From contig CP158635.1 in assembly GCA_050273025.1 (NCBI GenBank), forward strand, positions 16,368,001 through 16,432,000: 64,000 nucleotides of DNA, written 5' to 3'. Made by a program: the position numbers and the translations under genes. The notes beneath the pieces are model-generated. The model had not been told where the DNA came from. It did not search any database and saw nothing but the letters and a program-made list of their open reading frames with translations. This stretch comes from Cenococcum geophilum. Lineage: Eukaryota. Position 1 is the stretch's first letter. Every line of letters begins with the position of its first letter. Shown here in pieces: positions 52,203 to 64,000 of this stretch.

Positions 52203-52387
52203 GTTTAAATAACTAGCCAGTAAATACCATGAATAATTCAATTAATCGATTAATCGAATTAAACCAGAGCTTTAATATTGGCCTATTACCGAATTAAATT
52301 AAGGCCTCCTAGGGAGGTACCCGTTCAAATATAATTAGGGCCTTTAATTAGGCCGACCCCTCCCCCAAATTAAATTATATACTAACA

Positions 52388-52945
52388 CAGGCAGGCAGGC
52401 AGGCAGGTAGGTAGGTAGGTAGGTAGGTAGGTAGGTAGGTAGGTAGGTAGGTAGGTAGGTAGGTAGGCAGGCAGGTAGGAGAGGACCGTCGCTAGAACTA
52501 GACCACCGTCGCCAGAGCTAGACGACCGTCGCCAGAGCCAGACGACCGTTACCAGAACCAGACGACCGTCGCAAGAGCTAGACGACAACGACTAGCCAGC
52601 GAACGCTATAAACGATTCGATCGATTGATTAAATTAAGGTACCACAAATAGGTAGGCACAAGTAGGGAGATGCTAACGGGTAGGTAGATGCAGATAGGTA
52701 GGCAGATGCTAACGGGTAGGCAGATATAAATAGGTAGGTAGATGTAAATAGGTAGGCGATGTAGACAGGTAGGCAATGTAGACAGGTAGGCAATGTAGAT
52801 AGGTAGGCAATGCAGACAGGTAGGCAATGTAGACAGGTAGGCAATGTAGACAGGTAGGTAATGTAAATAGGTAGGCAATACAGATAGGTAGGTAATATAG
52901 ATAGGTAGGCGATGCAGGCAGGTTGGTAAGTCAATAGGTAGATAG
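52388..52945. repeat. (GGCA/GGTA)n microsatellite and 18-bp GTAGGCAATGTAGACAGG array
   Basis: Tetranucleotide run at 52388-52478 and 18-bp array at about 52660-52945. Confidence 0.9.
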
Positions 52946-53339
52946 GTAGAAGAGAACCATCGCTATATTATATTAAATTATCTAAAATAATATTTATTTT
53001 GCTAGTCTTATAAATAGCTTTAAAGTAGCTTTTATTTATTTAAAATATGCTATTAGTATAAAAGAGGTAAATATAATTATAGTTGCCAAATGCGCAGATT
53101 GCTCACAGGCTGCGCGCAGGCTGCGTGTTAAAAAAACACGATATAGGCTAGTCGGTCGAGTTGCCAAATGCCCTCAACTGCGCGCCAATTGCGTCAACCA
53201 CTAACCATTGAGGCCATTGGTAGGGTACCATATTTTGCCGATATGTCTTTTTTATTCTTTTTCCTATACCTATAGTTCCTTTTTCTTTATAAGTCTTATA
53301 AAGGGTTTAACGTTTTTTTTTTAAAAAAAAATATTATGC

Positions 53340-56300
53340 TATAAACCTTCTATAGTAGTTACAAACCCCTAGAAATAATCTTAACTATATTACGTTCTTT
53401 AGTTCTTACCAACTTACTATAGCTTTAATTTTCTTTAGGTCTGTATTAATATAACCTAGTTTAATAATAAATCTAATAAAATCGGTCTTCCTTATCCCTT
53501 AACCCATTGGAGTCCCACGCTAAGGTCGCTTAAGTTCACGACTAGATTTCATTAGGTGTCTTTCGCTAATCCAGATACTTTAATTGGCTGATAATCATTA
53601 GACGAATTTCAACGGGTTAAGGGATAAAGAACTTATATTTCTTAATTACTACTAGTATCTATTCTTCCTATAGTCTCTTTAAAACCTATTTAACGTGTTT
53701 TCTATATTCTTCCTTACTTATTAAGTAGATAATAATATTAAGGTATACTATAATAAACTTATTAAGGTGTTCTTCTAATATACTATTAATTCGCTTCTAA
53801 AACGTCGCTAGCATATTTATAAGTCCGAATTATATAACTAATGGTTTATATAGTCCTTCCTTTAGCCTAAAGGCTGCCTTCTATTTATCGCCTTTTTTAA
53901 TTCTAATCTAATAGTATACCTATTTTAGGTCTATCTTTATAAAGATTTATACGTTACCTATCCCGTCTTAAATCTCGCTAATTAAGGGTAAAGAATATCT
54001 ATCTTTTCTAGTAATGCTGTTTAACTGCCTATAGTTAATATACAGCTTAAGCTTTTTATTTTTCTTAGGCATAAACAGTACTAAATATTCTACTAATAAT
54101 TACGATAGTCTAATATATTCCTTTTATAGGTTTTCCTAGATAAACTCTTTAAGTGCTCTTAACTCCTCTTTAGTTGGCTTATAAATTAGAAAGAACCTTA
54201 GACTTATTTTTAGTTCTAACTCTATTTTATAGTCCTATACTATATACTTTAATAGCTTTTTACTTTCTAGGCTCTATAGCTTCTTGCTATACTTATAGTA
54301 TCTCTTTAGTATATAACTTAACCCTTTCTTAGTTTCTTTATAGGTTGCTTTAACTTAATACTATACTAACTTAGTTTATTATTGCATATTACGTTATTAA
54401 GTTTCTCTAATATTAACCTAACCTATAACCTAATTAATCCTTAGATTATATTTCTGTAATTAAGGCGTTCCTAATACTACCTTATCTCGTCCTAATGGTA
54501 GGATATTAAAAGATATCTTAATTTATTTCCATTTAATGGTTATTTAAATAGGTCCTAGTTTAAGATTAATAATACCTCTTCTATAGGCTATTAGATCTTC
54601 TAAAATTATAACTAGTAGATATAAGTACTCCTTTTATCTATAAGGTAGTTCTATTTATTTTACTACTATTAGTATAATATAGTTCCTTATTACTCTACTA
54701 TCTATTAATACTTTAAACTATTAATCTTACTAATTAACTTATTACTTTAGGTGTTGTTCTTAAATCCCTTTAAGGGTTTAAGGCTTTACTACTAGCTTCC
54801 TTTAGTCTTATAGACCTCTACTTTTCCTAACTATTAGCTGCTCAATCCTACTATTCTTAGCTTATTCTTTGGCCAATGCCTTATTCGCTTTTTATCTTTA
54901 ATATACTATAAACACATATTTTTTAGGCATTCTTCTATAAGTAATCTTCTTAGTTAAAGCATTAAGTTTCCTAACTTTTAGACTTCTACTAGATACTATC
55001 TATTTATATACTTAGTATTTCTGTATTTTCGCTTATCTAGCGTCTAATATATTCTTATAAGGTACGTCCAATTTTTTTTCTTTTGGATTTTTATGTATAT
55101 TATATATATTATCTATATATGCAATCTATGCCAATATATAATATACTAGGTGCTTTAGGTTCACTCTTAGCTTATCCTTATCCTTAAGTTTAAACTTTTA
55201 CAGTACTAATCTAAATGTTACTATTTTATTTACAGGTACTAAGATGCGTTATTTACTTCTCTAGTCCTTTAATTACTCTTCTAGATCCTTTAATATTATA
55301 ATTAAGGCCCTTAATATAGTTTATGCCTTTTTTTATAATTAGTTAGTCTTAGATAACTTATTTATTTAACTATATATAAAAGTCTTTTTACTCGTTATTG
55401 TGTCGCTATCTATATTACTTTTAGTATAACTCCCTAAGTATATACGGTCTATCTATAAGGAAGTATCTTTTTATTACTATATTATAATAGCCCTTTATAT
55501 ATTATTCCTTAAATCTAGTTAGGATCCTAAAATCCTCTTCTTCTTCTAGTTTAGTTAGCTATTTTACTCCTAATATACCTACCTTAGGCCTAGTAGTGAT
55601 CCTTTATATAGGTAATCTCTTCCCTAAATAATCCGTTACTTTTAGTATATATTTTTACTATATAAAGATCCTTTTTCTAAATTCTTTATTAGTTTTATCT
55701 AGCTTCTTTCTTACTAATAGGTTAAAGCCTTTATATTTTTTAACCGAGTTATTAACCTTTTAATCCTATTGCTAAGTCTTACTTATAATTTCTTTAATAG
55801 TTCTTATCCTGGTATTAAAATCTTAGTTCTATAAAAAATTTAATCTTAAGCTTACTTCTTTTCTAAACTATACTCCTACCTTAATCCAACTAGGCTTTAG
55901 TAGTATTTTTATCTTATCTCAAGAGTCTTAAATCTCGCTTGTCTCACTCTAAAAGTTCTACGCTATATTTTCTGCTCTAATCTATCCTTATAAATAGCTA
56001 GATTATATTTTTATTTATTTATTAAATTTTTAAATCTTACTTATCTCTTTCTAATAGTCTTATGCCTTTAGCCCTTTGCCTTTATTAAGTGCTAAAGTAG
56101 CTTATTATCCTACTTTTCTTACGTCTTATAAAGCGATAGACATTATATCTAATAGAGTCTTAACCCCTACTAATATTCTCTATTTTATAGTAGAATTATC
56201 CTCTACCTTTATTACGTATCTAAGCTTTAGATACTCTTAATTAGTCGCTTATTTTTTCTTATAATTACTACTAATAGTCCAATTATCTTAATTCTTAGAT

Positions 56301-57099
56301 CTTATCACCTGGTAAAACTAGTGCGTAAGAACTTTCTCCGCTAACTACTAGCTATATATATCGTTTTTATTCTAATCTAGTCTATAGAGTTAATCCTATT
56401 CTTTATCTAACTCTCTTATGCCCTAAAGTCCTCTTAACTTGGACTCTTATAGCTAATAGCTTACGCTATACTTAGCATACGCTATTATAGCAAAACGTAA
56501 AACTATTAATTAAACACTCTTTTGTTCCTTATAGTATATTATTATCCCTCTATACGTGTATATTATCTACTAGTCTTATTTCCTTTACTATATAGCTTTC
56601 TTAACTACCTCTATAGTCTTTAGCGAAATAAACCTATTTCTTATAGTTTATATAAGCTCCTTTTTTAAGCTATTTTTATTATTATAAAGTTTACCTAAAC
56701 GTCTTCTACTACTAAGATCCCTGGTTTAGCCTCTATTTCTTAGTCCTATAATTACTTAATCCTTAATCTTTAGGTTTCTATAATTTCTTATTCCATTTTC
56801 TAGATTCTTTAGTATTACTTAGGTCTATTAGCTCTAGTCCGTTATTTTATAGTTTTTAATTCTAACTATATTATTGCATACTTTGCGCCTTATATAACTA
56901 TAGAACTCTATCTTACCCTTTCTTAGTTTATTCTCTTTAATAGATCCTATTATTAATCTTAATTACTTAATCTATAAGTTCCTTAAGTATATTCGCATCT
57001 TTTATCAGAATAATTACGTCCTAAACTTTTGCTTTAAGTCCTTGCTTATACTATACTATAAGCGCCTTATTATTCTACTTAACCTATATATTATATATA
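53340..57099 (-). mobile_element. Ty3/Gypsy G3 internal fragment (gag-like region, PR, RT), 3'-truncated and cut by LINE A3; boundaries approximate
   Basis: Minus strand YKPLVI*FGLINMLATF*KRINS...FIIVYLNII (degraded YLDD, about 53730-53850), KLKLYINYRQLN (about 54030) and a protease-like VLIDSR (about 54700). No LTR seen in the window. Confidence 0.8.
53496..53623. mobile_element. 128-bp MITE with CCCTTAACCC termini, inside the G3 RT
   Basis: TIRs of about 20 bp, CCCTTAACCC(A/G)TTG, with AT on both flanks (53494-53495, 53624-53625). Confidence 0.85.
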
Positions 57100-60061
57100 T
57101 ATTATTCATTGCTTAACGTCCGATTCGGATCCCTATTAGGCCCACGCGGACTACTCCTTATATACATATGGGGAGAAAACTCTATTTAAGAAAACCCTAT
57201 AATCTATCTCCCCGCCTTTTAGGACTCGCCTATAAGGCGCCTATAAGGTGCCTACGAGTTACCTATAGTGCTCTACTACCTTACTTTTTAACCTCTTTAG
57301 GAACTACTGCTGCCGTAACAAGCTTACGGACGCGCTAATATTGCAAACTTTACTCTACCACTGTAGAGTTATTAGGGGGCGCCCGTTACTTACCCCCCCC
57401 ACCCTCTATTACTATTTCCCTTGCAACCTAAAATTGGTTTAGTATATTTTGGCTAATAAGCCACTAGGTAACCGCCTTAAGGCCTTTTTATATTAAGAGT
57501 AGTGTGTTATAGTTCTCTATGCCAGCTACTAAGAGCATTACTTCTTAGTTGGTGCGTAAGGGGTATAATAGTATTACGTGTTTTAGTATCTGTCTTAGCT
57601 AGCTATATTTATATCTTAGGCTACCTACTAGAACACCTACTTAGTAGAGCCAGTCTTTTAGTCCTATTATTCCTGTTCTTAAGAGTGTTACTATTATATT
57701 TTCTGCCTTTGTTAGGCCTTCTCGGAGCCCTAAAGTGTTTACCCCCTATAGCATTAACTATGCTACAGCTTAGGTTCCTCTTACCTTAGTTAGCTTCTAT
57801 ACCTTTAACTCCTATACGCCTCTCTAGCGTTGGTCTAGCCAGTATTATATTATGGTAGATAGTTTTCTAGCGTTCTTTTATACTCTACTTTAGCTCCTTT
57901 CTCTCTCTTACTATTGTCTTTACTAGCCTCTTATATGTCTTCCTTCCTCCTTTATATAGGCCTAGGCCCTAAAGCAGCACTATTTTTCTTCTACTTTTTT
58001 TACCTGTTTCTCTAATATATCTTCCCTACTTTAGGGTTATTAGTTTGTTCTCCTATAGGGCGCCCTAGGGTCCCTCTATAGTTTATTTAGGCGTGTTTTA
58101 ATATACTTTATAATATTAGAGTTACGTTTATTTTACACCCTTTATATTACAGCGGCTTTAATATATAGTTATAGGGGGGGAATATTAGCTTCCTTTTTAA
58201 GTAGTGCTGTGGCCGTTCGCTTATATCCGCCTATTATACTTTAAAGGTAGGCTATTTAGACCTTTTAGAGTGGTTTAAGGAGCGATTTAGGGGGGCCTTT
58301 CTTAGATTCTCTAATGGCCTAAATACTGGACCTATACGTTATAGTTAGCCAGATAACTGCTGTATATAGTAGGCGTAACCTCTAGAAGTATAGACCCTAT
58401 ATAGAATTAATGATCCTAGATAATATAATATACTATACTTAGCCCTTATAGGCCGCTTGCGCTATATATACGCTCTACTAGAGCTTACTATCTATCTATA
58501 CTCCTAATACCCTTAAGGCCTGAACTGGTTAACCCCTAAAGCCTTAGATGCGAATTATATACTAAAAATCTGTAGATTAGTTGCGTTTTCTTATAAAGTA
58601 GATTAGCTGGTATTTCTCTAGTAAGAATTAGACTTTATATTGTCTTGCCTATTCTATATAGGTATTATAAGCTTTCTCTAGTGTTCTATAATTCTTTATA
58701 GCTATTAGCCCGTATATAATTAGGTTTATATTATTAATAAAGCCTATCCCCTAGGTCGCCCCTTCCTTAAAGGAGTTAAGTAGGTTGCTTATAAAGAAAA
58801 GGAAAAGTATAGGCGAGAGGGGTAATCCTTATAGTATTCCTATTATAACTGTAATAGGGGGGCTCTGGTATCCGCTAAAGACTAGTAATATTTCTTTCTA
58901 ACCTATAAACCCTTAAATAAATTATATAATCTATTCTAGGAAGCCTTTTACCTTAAGGATATATAGGAGACGCTTGTAGGGTACGTTATTATAGGCGCCG
59001 CTAATATCTAGGCTAAGTATTAATACTATAAAGTCCCTTCGCATCGCCTATGCGGATTTAATGGTGGTAGCGAGTAGCGTAAGTGCTAATAGTATTAAGC
59101 GGTTCTTTCTTGCCCCTATTTGGCTTTGTGGTAGTAGGTTATATTTCTTAGCCGTATCTACTATATAGTCCACTATTACCTTTTCTAAGATCTTGCTAAG
59201 GGTATTTTCTAAGGTAATAGGGCGGTAGCTTCTTAGGATTAAGTAATCTGCTTTACCTTCTTTTCGTAAAATAACCGTCGTTATAGATCTTCCAAGTTAC
59301 AGGTAGTAGCCTATAGTAAAGTATGCCCTAGCTATATTTATAAGCTAGGGTGCTATAAGTGGTCTATAGGTTTTTAAGGCCTTATTTAGAATCCTATCTA
59401 GTCCTAGTGCTGTATTATTTAAAAGGCGGCTAATAGTTCTGGCCATTTCCTCTATTATTATGTCGCTGTTAACCCTTAGGCAAGTTACCGGTGTTTTACC
59501 TATAATGTTACTAAGGTCTGCTGGAGCTAGTTAGGGAAAGAACCTCTCTATAAGGATCTTTACCTTCTTATTATTATTATTAGTAGCCTATAATTCCCCT
59601 GCTCTTTATAGGGGTAGTAGGTATAAGTCTTTTATTAAGCGCCCTGCCTTTTTCTTTACCTATTTTACTATAGCCTAAAGGCCCTTATTATAGGGGAGGC
59701 TCGGGTTAAAAGTATGTTTGTTTATAAACCGTCTCTAGTTATTCCTTACTTCTTTCTTTAGGGTATTCTTTAACTAGTTTCTTATGTCTTTATATTATCT
59801 CTTATCTTTAGAGTTATGGCTACTTATATATTTCCTTCTTACTTATTATTAGCTAGTAATAAGAACTATATATTATACGGACTATACGTGTCGCGTATAG
59901 GGGCCTAGTTTTAAGACCGGGCAGTGCTCTTCTAGCCTATTTTTAATTACTACCTAAATCCTTTTTAGTCTTTAGTTAATTTCCTTAGGGGTAGCTAATA
60001 AGCCTTGCTTATTTGGAATTAGGTGGATTTCTTCTAGGTCTTAAAGTTGTTATTTAACTAT
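57100..60061 (-). mobile_element. Tad1-like LINE family A, copy 3 (3' part), interrupted by Copia copy 2
   Basis: Reverse complement of about 6400-9357, including the GGGATCCGAATCGGACGTTAAGCAATGAATAAT end. Confidence 0.93.
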
Positions 60062-63000
60062 TGTTCGTACTAACTTAATAACACAAGTGAGTCGTATCCA
60101 GGGGCACGAAATACGTGTAGTATTATATGCTTGTTTGGATAGTGACTGTCGATTATATAAAGTAGACTACATAGTCTATATACTGATACGCCTCCCCCCT
60201 AATTAGTTAGTGCTTTAGAAGTGCACTAGACGCATAAGCAGGTGGTTAGTGCACCAAACGCGTAAACACATACTCGGCGTACCGAACGCGTAAGCACGCG
60301 GTTGGTACGACAGGTGCTATAATTATACACTAGCGGTACTTAGAAAATGAAACCACTTATATATAGCCTCCGTAATTGTCTTAATAGAACCGTAAAACAC
60401 ATAAGAAAATACATAAGAAATCCCTCCTAAGGTGCCTTCTAGGTTGCCTTCCAAATAGTGCTCTAAGCTGGCCGTATGTCCTGGTTACGGTCCATAAAAT
60501 GAACTGTACAGCTTTTTAACGGGCCGTAAATACACCATACGGCCTTCCGACGGGCCGTAACTAAACCGTAAATGCTCCGTTAGTCTCGCTCTACCCATTC
60601 TATAACTTTTAGGTTAAGCTTATTTATATTAATTAGGGTTTTAAGAGCTTAACACGGCTTTACCTTAGTCATGGCGTCTACTAGGTTATCTCCGCTGCTA
60701 ATCTATTTAACCTCCGTAATCTCACGTCATTCATAGGCCTAACGTAAGCACATTAGGTCGACCATAAGCCTCTTCTCTTATATCGTACCTAGTTTAACTA
60801 GGCAGTCGTAAAGGGACTTTAAATCAGTGCATAAAACTAGGGGTAACTACTCCAGTTATAGAATCTTCTAGACCGTTAATTTAATTGCGGCTGCTATATT
60901 AAAGCCATAAGCTAGTGTATATAGTTTAGAAGCTAGTACACTACAGGTTACTTGTTTGCACTTAATTAAAGACTAGTACAGTATATTTGCGTCCTAATTA
61001 CGGTCCGTAAGTACAATTATAAAGCCAATTTATAATAATAGGTCCCTATTATTAGCAAAGGAGGCATCTATAAATGCTAGTAGGCTAAGGGAATTCAGGT
61101 CTAGTGGTATAAAAGTAAGTCCTCTTATCGCGTTATCAATTTGCCATTAAATGCGCTTATTAAGCTGCTTAACATTTTCTTCTTATAAATCTACTACCTA
61201 GGCCGCAAAGGACAAGTCATAGGCAGATTTAGGTTAGCAGACTATAGCTATATAGGCGCCTCTTACACGCTATGCGGCGTATTAGTCCTTTATATTTATA
61301 GTCTTACGGGTCTCTTTATAGGAACTAGTAAGGTCTATAGGCTTTACTATAACAGGCTTTAGGTTTTAAGCTTGGCGTTCCTAAGTCAGCTAAATTAAAT
61401 TGCCCTTTTATATAATTAAGCCTCCATTAAACTTGATCGGATTCTACTTAGTTAACTACTCTCGCGGCTTTACTAAGAACTTAGCCTTTTATAGTTTAGT
61501 TTCTTTAGCGTCTGTAAAGGTCTGGTCTGCTAGGAATAGGGTATTATTTATTTAGAGTCTAACAATACCAAGGCCGTTTAATGGGCTGTATAGGAGGCAG
61601 GGGTTATAGGTTAACTATTCTATCTTAAGTTTACTAACATAGTACTGGTGGTATGTCTTAAACCAATAGTTCCTAGCTTCTAGTACTCCATATAGAGGTT
61701 TTACGACCCATAAAATTGTTCCTAGTTATAGGTTAAGCTCGCGGGGTAGTCGTATAAAGATGTCCCTACTTAGGTAGGTATTAGACTGCACATAGGCTTA
61801 CGAGATATCCCGTAGGTAAAGGGCTACGGGTTTGCTTTGCTATAGTCCAGGCATAAGTGCAAGTATAATCCATTAACTAACTCGTTAAATTATAGGCGAT
61901 TGCGTAAGGACTAAGTCCTTCCCTTAGTCGTTATAGGCTTATATAACAAGCCTTAATTTTTTAAAAGCTTTATTAATACCAGGGTGCTTAATTTCGTTAA
62001 TAAAGCGTAAATTAAATATACGGACGCCTTGCGGAATATCTCTCTCTATTATAATCGCAAAAACACCCTTTTTAAGTAGTCCATTAATCTCTTTACGTCA
62101 TAAGTCCGTAAATAGGGTTTCCTGTACTAGAACTAATATATCCGCAGGCGGAGGTTGCCTTACAGATATTGCTGCGGAGGTTAGGTAATTCTCTATTATA
62201 GGGTTCTTGGTTACAGGGTGCTTTCAGGGGCATCCTTAACCACGCTTTATAATAGGTTTAGTAGGTTTAGTAGGTTTCTAGGAGACTTCTAGGGTAGGCA
62301 AGGGTGCTTCCAGTTCATCTAATTCGGTAGTCGCTTTTAGTTCATCTAGTTCGGCGGTTGCTTTTAGTTTGTCTAGCTTAACGTCATAGGTGGTTTTGGG
62401 CCGAAAGTAGGGTTTTACAGACGTGCTTCTAAAGCTAGTTGGCCCGCTAGGGAGCTATATACAGCACGTCTCGTTTTCTACAGCTAGTAGATAATAAGGT
62501 CTAGTTCACTTGCCGCTTTTACGCCATATAAGGACTTTAGAGTTAAGCGGGAGGTCGTATACTAGGGTTATATTAGGTCTATTACGGTAATATAGGGCGC
62601 TATTAACAGCTTATTTGGCCTATAGCTTAACTATCTTAGCCATTGCCTTCCGTATTACAGCTGCTCGTTCTGTAATAAACAGGGCAGGAGGATCTAGGTT
62701 ACTTATCCTTAGGTAGGCTCCATAGACTAAGAGGGTAGGTACTAGTCCGTCTAGGCCAGCGGTGTCATTGACGGCTTTTACAGCCATCTGTAGAGCCAGT
62801 TCCTTTTAGATGTTCTTACATTCGTCCGTAATAATCTAATAAGCTCTCTATAAGGCTAGGTAAGCTCGCTTAACAAGCCCAACGAACTAATACGCCTTAA
62901 CTAGAACAGCTTTTATTAATATAGCCATAGCTATAGCATACTACTAGAATTCCTTACTAATAAAGTTCCTACCAGCGTCGTGGGTAATATACTCAGGAGG

Positions 63001-64000
63001 TCTAACGTACGTATCAATCCAGCAGGTCCGTAAAATATCCCAAGTATACTTTACGGATATATTTTACAACTAACAGGCGGCTTAGTAGCGGGTTACCTTA
63101 TTAATTATATATAGTACTAGGCTGCCGTTAATATACATAATGTCTACGTATACTAAATAGTTGAAGTTAAGATCCTTATAAAGGGTAAACTTAAATCGGC
63201 CTAGAGAACGTCCGTATTTCTAGCAGTAGGAGCAGTATTTAGTTAGGTGGTTAATTGCCTTCCTATTAACGTCGTTATATCCAGAGCGTTTAAGGACTCT
63301 ATACAGCTTTTCAGCTAATAGGTGGCCGAAACGGCGGTACAGGCAGTGGATTTCCGTACTGGTAAGGTAGCACGGGTTATAGTCAAAAGATTCCTAAATA
63401 TACGTCCGTAAGGTCTCTCCCTATATAAGGAACGGGTATCCAAATCGTCGTATAATTGGCAGGGTAATATGCTTACTTCCTAGGGTAGTTACAGGGCTAA
63501 TTAGGGTGTCCGTAATATTGTTATAGTAAACCTATAACCTATCTATATCCGCAAGATAAAGTAGGAAGGGGGTGTCTACTTTTACTACGTGGAAGTCAAC
63601 TAGGCTAATTGGGGTCTTAACTATAACTAATCTAATTAATGCAGTTAAGCCAATGCCGAATTAGACGTTTACGGCCCCAGTTTACATAGTATTAATGTCC
63701 GTAGTATCATTTACGGTGGTCTTATATGCAAGGTATTGTCCGTAACCTACAGTAGACTTCTTAGAGGCACCTATATCAATCATAACGCCATAGAATTCTT
63801 TGGGGGTATAGCGTTCTATAGTAATATATACAAATAGGTCCTATTCGCGGTCCATAACATCTATAACAGGTCCAACGGGTATACTTACGGGCCAGTTTTT
63901 AGGTGCAATTGAGTGTGTAAAGGAGCGGTTAGCTAATGCGGTCATAGTATTAAAGGCTTAGCTATCCGTAAAAGGTCTAAAAGTAGTTAGGAATATCTCT
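60062..64000 (-). mobile_element. Ty1/Copia copy 2 (3' LTR at 60062-60329 plus RH-RT-IN-PR), continuing beyond the window
   Basis: Reverse complement of about 13010-17210 of copy 1. The LTR starts TGTTCGTAC at 60062. Confidence 0.95.

Larger units (their letters stand above)
51002..53243 (+). mobile_element. Non-coding, minisatellite-filled TIR element S2 (CMC/EnSpm-like structure)
   Basis: Termini CATCGGGAAAATAT and ATATTTTGCCGATA, TG on both flanks (51000-51001, 53244-53245), subterminal GACACGCAATTGACC repeats with inverted relatives near the right end. Confidence 0.65.

Noticed and set aside
52388..52478. Possible telomeric repeat
   Set aside because: The unit is GGTA/GGCA rather than TTAGGG, and it is internal to element S2. 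The G-rich array at 38740-38900 is likewise not telomeric.
37450..53010. S1 and S2 cores as long TIRs of a single element of about 16 kb
   Set aside because: Each appears to have its own termini and different arms, and no shared outer TSD was found. Not fully excluded.
53499..53620. piggyBac MITE (TTAA|CCC...GGG|TTAA)
   Set aside because: The inverted repeat extends beyond TTAA, and removal at TTAA does not restore the host RT frame.

Overview
This is eukaryotic, almost certainly filamentous-ascomycete, repeat-rich DNA with no intact protein-coding gene. Nearly all of it is nested transposable elements inactivated by a RIP-like process: copies differ almost only by C>T/G>A transitions, TpA is in excess, and Gln/Trp/Arg codons have become TAA/TAG. 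In order, the window holds: (1) a Tc1/mariner-type MITE cluster (1.4-3.7 kb); (2) three copies of one Tad1-like LINE family and one copy of a second; (3) a pogo/Fot1 transposon split by a full-length Copia and a LINE; (4) two full-length chromovirus Gypsy elements, a third partial Gypsy and three solo LTRs; (5) an internally deleted Helitron; (6) an ORF1-only non-LTR element; (7) two related non-coding, minisatellite-filled elements with CATCGG-type termini and apparent 2-bp TSDs; (8) a second Copia running off the right end. The least explained signals are a strand-biased TACGGA motif scattered through the Copia coding region in all three frames, the minisatellite-cargo TIR elements, the ORF1-only LINE, and within-copy co-variation of MITE TIRs. 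All ORFs in the supplied track appear to be artefacts or TE fragments. Coordinates, counts and translations were read by eye, and no database search was run.
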